Source of the DNA: Candidatus Zixiibacteriota bacterium
GTDB lineage: Bacteria; Zixibacteria; MSB-5A5; JAABVY01
Direction: 5' to 3'
Assembly (NCBI GenBank): GCA_011056555.1
Contig: DSEQ01000009.1
Coordinates: 16,281-80,280, forward strand
Length of the DNA stretch: 64,000 bases
Made by a program: the position numbers and the translations under genes
The notes under the pieces: model-generated
Database searches by the model: none
Told to the model about the DNA's origin: nothing
Seen by the model: only the letters and a program-made list of their open reading frames with translations
In this document: piece after piece, positions 50,241 through 59,162 of the stretch
How positions within the stretch are numbered: position 1 is the first letter of the stretch
How the letters are laid out: the number at the start of each line of letters is the position of its first letter

Positions 50241-51059
50241 TTATTCATCCAGTTCGAAAACAACTTTATAGGCAATCCAAACACCAATTGGTTCACCCTC
50301 TAACATTGCCGGTTTATATTTTCTTTCAATAGCGGCCTCCAAGGCAGCTTCCTCGAATCCAATATCAGTGCCGGAGTCCTTTTTAATCTCAGCACATTTT
50401 ACTGTGCCATGCTTGTCAACATAGGCCCTGATCCAGACAGTACCTTCAATTCCTTCTTTCTTTGCCTCATCAGGAAATTCCGGCTCCGGCCCGGACAGCA
50501 GAATTGGATCAACATCGATTATCTCAAAGCTATCGGGCTCAGGGCAATCCGTGTCAGCATCTGCCTTCGTACCGGTTTTGACGACATTTTCATCCCCAAA
50601 TATGACTTTATAGGCAACCCATACTGCCACCGGCTGGCCGTCTTTTATAGCAGGACGGTACTTTCTTTGCCAGGCAGCTCGTATAGCCGCCTCCTCAAAA
50701 CCGACATCCTTTCCGGATTCTCTGGCAACAAACACATCGCGAACAGATCCGTCTTTGTCAACAAGCAACTTGATCCAGACGTCACCGCCAATACCCTCTT
50801 TCAAAGCTCCTTCGGGATAAACCGGTTCAGGCGCATCTATTAGTATTGGCTTTTCATCAATGCTGGCGCTTACCTCCAGCTCGGAAACGGGCTCAGAGAT
50901 ATTTGCACTGTCGATTACTATAATACGGTCCCGGGCATGATTGAACTTCTGCGAATACATGCTTTCCGATTCTATTACATTTTCATGTGAACTTTGTCCC
51001 GTTAACGGAAAAGCAATCGCTGCGATGCCGAGTACACTGCTTGCCATCACTTGCAACAC
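50241..51059 (-). CDS. secreted protein with two tandem TonB C-terminal-like domains
   Basis: Two repeats of P.YP..A.KEGI.G.VWI...VDK.G.V..........G...FEEAA..A...RKY.PA...G.P..VW.AYKV.F, preceded by a signal-peptide-like N-terminus. No TM anchor or proline-rich spacer is present. The start is GTG with an SD. Confidence 0.65.
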   Translation of the reverse strand: MLQVMASSVLGIAAIAFPLTGQSSHENVIESESMYSQKFNHARDRIIVIDSANISEPVSELEVSASIDEKPILIDAPEPVYPEGALKEGIGGDVWIKLLVDKDGSVRDVFVARESGKDVGFEEAAIRAAWQRKYRPAIKDGQPVAVWVAYKVIFGDENVVKTGTKADADTDCPEPDSFEIIDVDPILLSGPEPEFPDEAKKEGIEGTVWIRAYVDKHGTVKCAEIKKDSGTDIGFEEAALEAAIERKYKPAMLEGEPIGVWIAYKVVFELDE

Positions 51060-51149
51060 TTTATAGATATTTACCTCCTTATTTTGTGGACTCGACCTTT
51101 TTGACGAATACTATTGTGATATGTCAAATTTTTTTTGAAAGCTAAAATC

Positions 51150-51179
51150 AAAAAAAACGGCCCGCTTTAAAGCGAGCCG
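51150..51179 (-). terminator. rho-independent terminator after the esterase gene
   Basis: Minus-strand stem CGGCTCGCTTT/AAAGCGGGCCG (one G-U), then T8. Confidence 0.65.
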
Positions 51180-51201
51180 CTTAAAATCGAATCAAGCCAT
51201 T

Positions 51202-52404
51202 TTACTGCAGGCCCAATTTGTCCTGCATATTTTCCAGATGCTGCTTATAGATTGGAAGATTCGGATCAGCTATAATTTCACCCTTTTCCACCGCCAGAGC
51301 ATAATTCTCGCGCGCCAGTTCAAATTCGCCCATGGCCTCATATCCCTCTCCCAGGCTGTCATAAACATTGGCTGAATTAGGGTATTTCTTAACATTCAGT
51401 TTGAAGATCTTGATAGCCTTATCGAAATTCTCCTGTCCCAGCGCAGTATAACCCATCATATTCAGGACTGCCTCGGGTACATCGATCTCATAACCAAACC
51501 TATTGCTGAGCTTGAGAAAATGCTCATGCACCGCTGCCACAGTGCTGTCCAGAAGGCCCGGAGGGAGTTCCCAGCCGTCATATAAATCCTCTAGGGCTTT
51601 ATATATGGTCAAATGCGGAGTGGAGCCGTGATCCTCATCCCCCATAAAGTCGTAGTGCCAAACCAGACCCTCGGGCGCCTCGCTTTCCAGCAGCAATGTG
51701 AAACGTTCCGCCGATTCCGTCATCAGCTGTCCCTCATTACCCATACTGATATAAAGGAATTTCCGAAGATCGGGACTTTGCTTGAAAAATGGCCGCGCCT
51801 TACGGGCCAGATAGTTATCATCCCACCAGAATGTCGGACTGATAGCAACATAGGCATCAAACATCTCCGGTCTGCTCAAAAGAGCATTGACCGTAAAGAG
51901 CCCGCCGAATGAATGCCCTACAAGGATTCTGTAGTCTTTCGTCCGATAATGCTTGTTCACATATGGAATCAACTCTTTTTCAAAAAATTCCAGAAAATTT
52001 TCGGCCCCTCCTGCGGTTTCAAACCTGCTGCCTCGATTGGAGATATCTCTGGTGGGGGAAAAGTCGCGCGTGCGATCTGTATTGACCAGCGCTACCACAA
52101 TCATGTTGGATATCCTGCCCTCCCGCGTCAGAAAATCTACAATCCCTGTTACGTGATGAAAATGATAGGTACCGTCAAGCAGATACATCACCGGGTACTT
52201 TGTTTCGCTCTGCTCATATCCGGTGGGTGTATAGACCAGAATTATGCGCTCTTCATTAAGAATCTCGGACTGGAGTTTATTCAACTGCCCGAGATAGATT
52301 TTGTCACCCTCCGCCTGTGCAAATGCGGGCCTGGACGCCGGATAAAAGGCCAGCACAAGAAATAGTGATGCCACAGTTATTAATAACTTTGATTTGGTTC
52401 TCAT
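51202..52404 (-). CDS. putative esterase (enterochelin-esterase/Fes-like alpha-beta hydrolase) with C-terminal TPR repeats
   Basis: Signal peptide from the ATG at 52404 with an AAGGAG SD. The nucleophile elbow is GHSFGG, and the C-terminal third is TPR-like. The ORF-track start at 52449 is likely too long. Confidence 0.7.
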   Translation of the reverse strand: MRTKSKLLITVASLFLVLAFYPASRPAFAQAEGDKIYLGQLNKLQSEILNEERIILVYTPTGYEQSETKYPVMYLLDGTYHFHHVTGIVDFLTREGRISNMIVVALVNTDRTRDFSPTRDISNRGSRFETAGGAENFLEFFEKELIPYVNKHYRTKDYRILVGHSFGGLFTVNALLSRPEMFDAYVAISPTFWWDDNYLARKARPFFKQSPDLRKFLYISMGNEGQLMTESAERFTLLLESEAPEGLVWHYDFMGDEDHGSTPHLTIYKALEDLYDGWELPPGLLDSTVAAVHEHFLKLSNRFGYEIDVPEAVLNMMGYTALGQENFDKAIKIFKLNVKKYPNSANVYDSLGEGYEAMGEFELARENYALAVEKGEIIADPNLPIYKQHLENMQDKLGLQ

Positions 52405-52659
52405 AACGCTCTGCTCCTTAATTATGGAATAAAAGCGCGGTAAACCCACGCCTCGCTTCTATATATGTATTTTTAACGCCAATGTTTCATTGGCTTTCGA
52501 GAATGGTCATTATGTGGACATTTTTCCAGGGCAGGCCCGGTTGCAAGCGCTTGTTTAGCTGGCGGGAAAGAGCAGGTTGGAAGAGCCAGTACGTCCGGGG
52601 AGATGGAAGCCTCCCCTTATTTATGAGGGAGACTTCCAAATTTTCTATGAACTCGTGAA

Positions 52660-53553
52660 TTAAATATCAAACATACCTTCATACGCATCCGTGTGCGCCG
52701 GGCTGACCCGCAGGTGATATGGTTTCGCCCAGGCCTTCATTTCAGCCTCGGCATAGGGAGCAACCTCTTCGGCATAAACATAATTCAAATCATTCAAAGC
52801 CTCCAGGAAGAAATATGTCCAGGCACCATGCTCAAAAGCGTAGACATCATAGGAATCTGAATTGGTCGAGGCTGTGGCCATGAAAGTTCCGGCCTGGCAA
52901 TCTAGATGAAAGTCTCCAATAACACAGGCGTCAAGCGTCACCAGCTTCTTCGTGCATGCGGCGGAATTAATATACTGCATTACAAAGCCATGCGTCATAT
53001 AATACATGTCAGTTGAAATTATGCATGAGCCATAGCCGGGGTACTTGGTACCATGACCCGAATAGCAGAATGCGATCTCATCCCCGGCGGCGGCCTGGGC
53101 CTCAAGCCATTGCAGACCGGCCTGGATATTGTCGGCCGTGGCGCTTTGATCGAGATCCATTTGAACGGTGAAACCCTGGCCCTGCAGGTAGCTCTTCATC
53201 GCCTGAGCATCATCATCGCAGAAATTCAAATCATTAACCGTCCCGTCATAATCAGATATTCCCACAATATAGGCATACTTATGGGCTGGATTGGGATTCG
53301 GGTCCTGGCTTCCGGTATCCGGGGGCGGTTTGGGCGGCTTCTTTTCCAATGCGTCGACAAACTGTTGAGAAGGCGCAATCAGATAAGACTGAATCACCTC
53401 CGCCGGTCTTATGTCGACGAATTCCGGACGAGGGGTCAGGACAATCGCTGCTTTCTGGCTGTCCGGATTGCTGTCGACAGGAGACTCACTGCAGGACAGT
53501 GCCAGACAAAGCAAAATCCCTGTGGCAATCAAAAGGATTGCTGGTTTCCTCAT
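52660..53553 (-). CDS. caspase-family (peptidase C14) lipoprotein
   Basis: Lipobox LCLALSC. The His-Cys dyad is read in the segments CYSGHG and LVTLDACVIG. An AGGAGGA SD lies upstream. Confidence 0.65.
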   Translation of the reverse strand: MRKPAILLIATGILLCLALSCSESPVDSNPDSQKAAIVLTPRPEFVDIRPAEVIQSYLIAPSQQFVDALEKKPPKPPPDTGSQDPNPNPAHKYAYIVGISDYDGTVNDLNFCDDDAQAMKSYLQGQGFTVQMDLDQSATADNIQAGLQWLEAQAAAGDEIAFCYSGHGTKYPGYGSCIISTDMYYMTHGFVMQYINSAACTKKLVTLDACVIGDFHLDCQAGTFMATASTNSDSYDVYAFEHGAWTYFFLEALNDLNYVYAEEVAPYAEAEMKAWAKPYHLRVSPAHTDAYEGMFDI

Positions 53554-53699
53554 TTCTCCTCCTGTTTATTTAAGATTTGGGCTTTAGATAGCATATATAT
53601 ATACTGTATCATCTATTTTGTACCAAAATAAAAATTAATGGTCCTGTCTCTTTTATGAATCCAGGAACAAAAACCTGAAATTCAGATTCTAAAAATTAA

Positions 53700-54179
53700 A
53701 TGGGTTCAAATAATGAAAAAATATTGCGTGACTATCTAGCCCGGATGCTGAACTGGCAGGATGCTCATGTTAACCTGGAAAAGGCTGTGGAAAATTTTCC
53801 GCCTGACCTGATGGGAAAAAAGCCGGAAGGTGCGGCGCATTCGGCCTGGCAGTTACTGGAACATATGCGCCTGGCCCAATGGGATATCCTGGATTTCATC
53901 AAAAATCCAGATTACGAGGAGCTGAATTGGCCGGATGATTACTGGCCTAAAGACCCTGCTCCTCCTGATGATTCCGCCTGGGACAAAAGCATCGAATCAT
54001 TCAACGCTGATCTCAAGGAACTCCAGGACATGGCCAGAGACAGCTCGGTCGATCTCTACAGCAAGATTCCGCATGGCAGCGGTCAGACCATACTGCGGGA
54101 GTTATTGCTGGTGGCCGATCATAATACTTATCACCTGGGTCAAATAGTGCAGCTGCGCAAAATGCTGGGCGCCTGGTAA
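53700..54179 (+). CDS. DinB/YfiT-like (DinB_2) four-helix-bundle protein
   Basis: 159 aa with histidine-containing segments WQLLEHMRLAQWD and DHNTYHLGQIVQLR. Confidence 0.6.
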   Translation: MGSNNEKILRDYLARMLNWQDAHVNLEKAVENFPPDLMGKKPEGAAHSAWQLLEHMRLAQWDILDFIKNPDYEELNWPDDYWPKDPAPPDDSAWDKSIESFNADLKELQDMARDSSVDLYSKIPHGSGQTILRELLLVADHNTYHLGQIVQLRKMLGAW

Positions 54180-54296
54180 GAGATTTCTCTGCTTTAGTCC
54201 AGAAGACCAATCTATTTTAAATGCCCGGCGGACCTCCTTATCCACCGGGCATTTTTTCCCGTGCACGAGCCACCAAAGAATACCCCAGCGACAGCC

Positions 54297-54602
54297 CTAT
54301 GTCGGCTGAGGTTCATATTTGACTTCCTTGCCCATCTCTGAAAATGAGAAGTTGTGGAAGACATTATGACCGTTGTAGTCCAGCACCCGCAGATCATCAA
54401 CCTGCTTGACATCATTCATGACAGTTTCGAAAGTGGAGGCGTATTTCTCTTTGACGCGTTCGAGTGGAATTTCGCAGGCGATAAAGCGTTTAATTCCTTT
54501 GGCGCTCAAAGTCTCCACGAATTTAGGATCGGTAAATGACTCATAGGAAGTCAAAATCAGAATTGGGCCTGTGCCGGTAAAAATAATTGCGGCTTTCATC
54601 TG
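54297..54602 (-). CDS. hypothetical small protein
   Basis: ~101 aa starting from MKAAIIFTGTGPIL.., with no family recognised. Confidence 0.35.
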   Translation of the reverse strand, partial: QMKAAIIFTGTGPILILTSYESFTDPKFVETLSAKGIKRFIACEIPLERVKEKYASTFETVMNDVKQVDDLRVLDYNGHNVFHNFSFSEMGKEVKYEPQPT

Positions 54603-54820
54603 ACGGCCTCCATTATTAAGGTTTTTATCAAAGCCGGAGTCCAATCAAGATGTAATAAATTCTCTGATGCTGTATCAGGTGGGTTTGTCTCTCACCTGTA
54701 ATTTATCTGGAATCCGCCATCCTGGCAAGCATTTTTCACTGATCTTGTGATAATCACATAAAAGGCATCCTTTGTCAGTTTAAATACCGGGGATTGAATC
54801 CGGCCTTCCCTTCGGGCAAA

Positions 54821-54848
54821 AAAAATCCCGCACTCGGCGGGATTTTTT
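54821..54848. terminator. bidirectional rho-independent terminator
   Basis: A7, stem ATCCCGC/GCGGGAT with loop ACTCG, then T6. It lies 17 nt downstream of the minus-strand gene ending at 54865. Confidence 0.75.
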
Positions 54849-54864
54849 CAAGCGTAAAATCGAA

Positions 54865-55506
54865 TTATTTCTTCTTGTTCTTACCCTGACTCTTATTATT
54901 CCTGGCAGGTTCCTGATCTTCGGCATACTTTTCGGTCTTGGACTTGTTCTTTTTGTTCTTCACCTGTGTATTGATTTGAACAAAATTGTGTCCATTGGCG
55001 CGCATCTTGATAACCTCCTCCGGTGCATAGCCATAATGCTCGGAGATAAAGCGCAGGTTGACAAAATTAACGATATCGGCATCGGACAACACTATTTCCC
55101 CCCATTGGCTCTTCTTCTTGTTCTTGTAATGCCCGTAAGCCTTGCCGTAGGGCGGCACAGGCTTGCCCTCCACAGGCACATAGTAAACGCCCGCATTGAG
55201 CCCGAAATGTGCCGTTATCTGCCACCAGGATTTCCCTTCAAGCCGCAGCTGGACAATCAACCCCGGGGAAACTTCCGCTTTTCTCGCCAAAAAGAACACC
55301 ACCGGCATCTCCTCTTCGGGAATCTTGCTGCGTCTGACAACGATTAGTTCTTTCTCAGGCGCTCTATAATGTTCCCCTATTGCCAGATAGAAGCTCTTCA
55401 AACCGTCGTCCCCGATCGAAAGACCGATATCCATATCTGCCGAGCAATCGGCTGAGGGCCAGAACAAACATAGACAAATCACTGCCGGAATTATTAAAGC
55501 TCGCAT
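54865..55506 (-). CDS. secreted hypothetical protein with lysine-rich C-terminal tail
   Basis: ATG at 55506 with a GGAGGAA SD. A signal peptide is followed by a C-terminus rich in K/N (KNKKNKSKTEK ... KNKKK). Confidence 0.5.
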   Translation of the reverse strand: MRALIIPAVICLCLFWPSADCSADMDIGLSIGDDGLKSFYLAIGEHYRAPEKELIVVRRSKIPEEEMPVVFFLARKAEVSPGLIVQLRLEGKSWWQITAHFGLNAGVYYVPVEGKPVPPYGKAYGHYKNKKKSQWGEIVLSDADIVNFVNLRFISEHYGYAPEEVIKMRANGHNFVQINTQVKNKKNKSKTEKYAEDQEPARNNKSQGKNKKK

Positions 55507-55668
55507 ATTTTCCTCCACAATTGCGGTGATACTGCACAATAAAACCGGGTTCTGGAAACCCGTGACACCTACCTTTATATTGTCGGAGGGATTATATCCG
55601 ATTCTTAAGAAAATTAATTTATATTCCCGAGCCCGAAGCCAAACCTGTTGTAATTCAAGCGGATAAAT

Positions 55669-55707
55669 AAAAAACCCGGCGTGAATGAAGGCCGGGCTTG
55701 ATTTTTT
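55669..55707 (-). terminator. rho-independent terminator after the cysteine desulfurase gene
   Basis: Stem CCCGGC/GCCGGG flanked by A6 on the plus strand and T6 on the minus strand. Confidence 0.6.
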
Positions 55708-55720
55708 GAAAGTCGAGATT

Positions 55721-56920
55721 TCAGCTTGCGGATGATACCGATTTTTTCATCTGACGGGCGCGCTGGGCGATCTCATCAACAGCATTTATAGCCGCATCGA
55801 TATCCTCTCCGGTATTGAACGGCCCGATTGCAAACCGTACCCCGCCGTGAATCTTGTCGATTCCGAGCTGCTTATGAACCAACGGAGCGCAGTGTAATCC
55901 GGTGCGGGTGGCGATGCTGAAATCCACATCCAGCATGATACCCACATTTCCTGCCTCCATATCCTTGACATTGATTGTCATGGTCGCCAGATGATTTTCC
56001 ATACTGCCACAGCAGTAAACCTCGACGCCGTCGATCTTCTTGAAACCGTCGGCCAGCTTTTGAGCAAGTTTCATCTCATGCTTATAGATAACATCAACGC
56101 CGCCCTGCTCCCTGATCCAGTCCTGTCCGGCCCAGAGCGAGGCGATCCCAACCATATTGGGGGTGCCGAATTCCATCCGGTAGGGATACTCCTCCAGATG
56201 GTAGGGATAAGCCGAGCGTACCCCGGTGCCGCCGCTTCTGGTCTGCTTGATTTCGACATGCTTGCGCACACATAGACCGCCAATTCCGGTCGAGCCCATC
56301 ATTCCTTTATGGCCGGTAAAGGCCAGCACATCGACATTCATCTCTTTCATGTTAATAGGCACCACTCCGGCGGTCTGGGAGACATCGATCGCAAAGAGCA
56401 CATCCATCTCTTTGCAGACGGCGCCTATTTCGGCCACCGGCTGGATTGTACCGATGACATTGGAGCCGTGATTTACTATAACGAGCTTTGTATTTGGCTT
56501 AATGGCTGCTTTGATGGCATCCGGTTCAACAAAACCGTCTTTGTTAAAGGGCACATAAGTAGCTTCCACACCATGATCGCGCACCAGATGATTGATCGGT
56601 CGGATGACCGAGTTGTGTTCCAGGTTGGTGGTAACTACATGATCCCCCTCGGACAATAGCCCCTGGATGATCAGGTTCAGGGCATCGGTGGCGTTATAGG
56701 AATAGCACAGCCGTTCGGGAGCGTCCTCATCTCCGCCAAAGAATTTGGTGAGCGTCTTGCGAAGATCCTCAACTATATTGCCGGCTTCTATGGCCTTATC
56801 GAAACCGCTTCGTCCCGGATTGACCCCGCATCCGCGGTAGAATTCTATCATGAAGTCGTAGACTTTATCCGGTTTGGGCCATGATGTGGCCGCGTTGTCG
56901 AGATATATCAGTTTTTCCAC
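55721..56920 (-). CDS. class V aminotransferase-fold PLP enzyme, cysteine desulfurase/SufS-CsdA-like
   Basis: Segments FTGHKGMMGSTGIG (PLP lysine) and RTGLHCAP (active-site Cys motif). An AGGAG SD lies upstream. Confidence 0.8.
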   Translation of the reverse strand: MEKLIYLDNAATSWPKPDKVYDFMIEFYRGCGVNPGRSGFDKAIEAGNIVEDLRKTLTKFFGGDEDAPERLCYSYNATDALNLIIQGLLSEGDHVVTTNLEHNSVIRPINHLVRDHGVEATYVPFNKDGFVEPDAIKAAIKPNTKLVIVNHGSNVIGTIQPVAEIGAVCKEMDVLFAIDVSQTAGVVPINMKEMNVDVLAFTGHKGMMGSTGIGGLCVRKHVEIKQTRSGGTGVRSAYPYHLEEYPYRMEFGTPNMVGIASLWAGQDWIREQGGVDVIYKHEMKLAQKLADGFKKIDGVEVYCCGSMENHLATMTINVKDMEAGNVGIMLDVDFSIATRTGLHCAPLVHKQLGIDKIHGGVRFAIGPFNTGEDIDAAINAVDEIAQRARQMKKSVSSAS

Positions 56921-57407
56921 ATGTGACTCCTGTATAAAATAAAATATTTTTGCAAAATTAAGGGAAGATTCAGTTTTGGCAGGCTTCTACAGCCCATCGA
57001 AGATTTCCTCTCTTCCGCGTCCCCGGGAGAGCGCGAAAATAGCCCGTCTTTAAGGTCATAAGATAATCATACGCACCATATCTGTCAACCTGTTGTGAAA
57101 TTTACATCAGAATTTGTGGGGAGTATATATTTAATCAGGAGTGTTTTGGTCTTTTGTAGTAAATAAGAAATTTTGTAGCCCACATTTGGGATTTATGGGG
57201 TGCCCCATCCCCGCAAGGGGTGGGTTTGCACGTGCCGGCAGAAACCCTTTCCTGCCGGAGATATACATGATTAGATGGCTTAGCAGGTCAAACCCTTCCG
57301 GGACTTGAACAGCCGTCGGGTATTGGTTGCCGACGCGACATAAGAGATTCTTCGCCCGTCAAAGGCCGGGTCCTTGACTTCGCTCTGAATGACTCTGGCA
57401 AACATAC

Positions 57408-57438
57408 AAAAAAACCCCGCCTTGACATAAAGACGGGG
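57408..57438 (-). terminator. rho-independent terminator after the OM barrel gene
   Basis: Minus-strand stem CCCCG/CGGGG followed by T7. Confidence 0.55.
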
Positions 57439-57462
57439 CGAGCAAAGTGAGTTGAATTACCC

Positions 57463-58206
57463 TTAGAAATGCACAGCCACTCCCAGACGTATATTCGCTG
57501 CATCCAGGTGAAGCCCATCCTCAAAGGTGTCGAAATCGGTGTCGTAGAAACCGTAGTAGTCGTAGTACTCCAGGTCGAGAAAATACCAGCGGTTCTCAAG
57601 AATCATCGCGTATTCGGCCAGGATGCTCAAGGATCTATTTAAAAAAACCTCCATTCCAACCGAGCCCTCGACTCCAAAGCCGAGCTGTCCGCTCTCGTCA
57701 ACCCTGACATCATAAACCCAGTCGTATGGATAGTCGTAATAAATTATAGCAAGGTCCGGATCGGTTTCCCGGTAACTCAGACGCGGACCTGCACCGAAAT
57801 AAAATCTCAGACGGTCATCGATACGGGGATAAAACAAATATTGAAGTGAAATACTCCCTCCCGAGATGTCAAAAAAGTCGATATCCCTGAAAACAAACGA
57901 GTAACCGTCATGGAAGAATACCCTGTCCTCATAAAGGTTGTCATCATCCTCGAAAAACCCGATATTTAAACGCATTGCACCCTCACGCGAGACCTGCTTT
58001 GTGAGTGAAAGCATGCCGCCGCGGAAATCATCATTATCAAAACTGCGGTCCAGATGAAGCTGCAGGGACCATGTATTGAACCGCTCCATAGGCGGCTGGC
58101 CTTTCGGCACACGTCTGATGCGGGCCTCTGCCTGCGATGGAAAGAGCAGCGCGCCCAGCGCAAAGACGATCAACATAAACAGTATTGCTTTTGTCCAGTC
58201 TGACAT
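57463..58206 (-). CDS. outer-membrane beta-barrel protein, unknown function
   Basis: Signal peptide, Tyr/Asp-rich alternating strands, and a C-terminal ..GVAVHF. A GGAGG SD lies upstream. Confidence 0.55.
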   Translation of the reverse strand: MSDWTKAILFMLIVFALGALLFPSQAEARIRRVPKGQPPMERFNTWSLQLHLDRSFDNDDFRGGMLSLTKQVSREGAMRLNIGFFEDDDNLYEDRVFFHDGYSFVFRDIDFFDISGGSISLQYLFYPRIDDRLRFYFGAGPRLSYRETDPDLAIIYYDYPYDWVYDVRVDESGQLGFGVEGSVGMEVFLNRSLSILAEYAMILENRWYFLDLEYYDYYGFYDTDFDTFEDGLHLDAANIRLGVAVHF

Positions 58207-58299
58207 TTTATCTAACCTCCGAATTTATTCTTTCATTCTGGAGAATATTAAAACAAGTGCCGTGCCAGAAATTATAACTGATTATTTTCTAATATGTTA

Positions 58300-58470
58300 G
58301 GCACGCACAATGGATTCCTGCGTATTGGCCCCCGCACAAAAATAGTGCAAGAGATTTTGGGGCATGCACAAGGATTGGCAGAACCCAGGATTTGTGCGTT
58401 GTGCACGTCCCCGTGCACAATGTCATTCTCAACGATTTGTCACGGCGCACGGGGACGTACGCCGTGCACG
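58300..58470. repeat. GC-rich repeat block with three GTGCAC hexamers and a perfect 12-bp inverted repeat ACGTCCCCGTGC (58405-58416) / GCACGGGGACGT (58447-58458) separated by 30 nt
   Basis: Read directly. The block is embedded in otherwise AT-rich DNA. Confidence 0.6.
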
Positions 58471-58649
58471 AATGTGGGTGAAAATCATAAAAAGAAACCC
58501 ACCGCTAAAGCGGATAGGGCACCCAAGCATTAGAAAAGATACTATTGGAGCGTTTAATATATTGCTATTCAAGTAATGAGATCAATTTATATTTGCTTGC
58601 AAAAAAACGATTTGCGACTATTCTATATAATTAGATGAAAGGAGAAGCG

Positions 58650-59087
58650 ATGGATGTAATTAATCTATTTGCCAAGCTTAATTTAGAAAAAATTGACTTT
58701 GATGGCAGTATAACAGCAACAACACCGGATCAATTCATTGCGCAATTTAAGAAAGTGTGTTCATGTCAGGCATCAAAACACAACCAGTCTATTGTATATG
58801 TATGGCATACAGAGAAAGCAATATCTCGTTTAAGGGGAAAAAGTACAATTGTTTACATTGGTAAAACCGATGCTACATTTTACACAAGACATTATCGCTA
58901 TGCCGAGACGGAGGCTTCAGGTAATAACTGGAAAAGATATAGCTATATCATTAATCAATATGGGGCAATAGGATTTTGTTGTGCGAGAATTCCTTCGCCA
59001 AATACTCCTCTGGAAATAGAAAACAGGTTGCTTCAAAAATATTTCGAGGAACATCTGGAACTACCCCCCATAAACAAAAGCCTATAA
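58650..59087 (+). CDS. small GIY-YIG-like domain protein (putative nuclease) in an AT-rich islet
   Basis: AAAGGAG SD with ATG at 58650. The motif segment is VYVWHTEKAISRLRGKSTIVYIGKTDATFYTRHYRY, with Glu and Asn downstream. Codon usage is visibly AT-richer than in neighbouring genes. Confidence 0.55.
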   Translation: MDVINLFAKLNLEKIDFDGSITATTPDQFIAQFKKVCSCQASKHNQSIVYVWHTEKAISRLRGKSTIVYIGKTDATFYTRHYRYAETEASGNNWKRYSYIINQYGAIGFCCARIPSPNTPLEIENRLLQKYFEEHLELPPINKSL

Positions 59088-59138
59088 AAAATATGCCTGC
59101 TTATCTCTGGGCACCCCAAAAATTCAAACATTGGGTGG

Positions 59139-59162
59139 CACGCCCAAATTCATTTGGGCGTG
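59139..59162. repeat. perfect 24-bp palindrome CACGCCCAAAT-tc-ATTTGGGCGTG
   Basis: 11-bp perfect arms read directly. Related imperfect copies (CTGCCCAAAC..GTTTGAGCAG) lie nearby. Confidence 0.6.

Noticed and set aside
52596-52640. Hairpin GGGGAG..CTCCCC / GGAAGCCTCCC..GGGAGACTTCC downstream of the caspase-like gene as its terminator
   Set aside because: On the minus strand it is not followed by a T-run. On the plus strand it has a weak T-tract but no upstream plus-strand gene. Its function is unclear.
52660-54179. Gasdermin/caspase-type defence module around the C14 protease
   Set aside because: The protease has a lipoprotein signal, so it is extracytoplasmic. The neighbours are an esterase and a DinB-like protein, with no gasdermin-like or other effector gene.
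57195-57260. TPP riboswitch (GGGGTGCCC ... ACCCTTT resembles a THI-box)
   Set aside because: The invariant CUGAGA pyrimidine-sensing segment is absent, and the downstream gene is a cysteine desulfurase rather than a thiamine gene.
57300-57330. tRNA T-arm-like GTTCAAGTCCC on the minus strand
   Set aside because: The flanking 5-nt segments are not complementary and no acceptor or anticodon arms can be built. It is not a tRNA or tmRNA.
58300-58470. CRISPR array (repeated GTGCAC-containing units)
   Set aside because: There are only three short, irregularly spaced copies, with no uniform 28-37-bp repeats or spacers and no cas genes.
58294-58533. 79-aa ORF (MLGTHNGFLRIG...) overlapping the repeat block
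   Set aside because: Its translation is Arg/Cys-rich and driven by the GC-rich repeats, with no SD. It is more likely noncoding.
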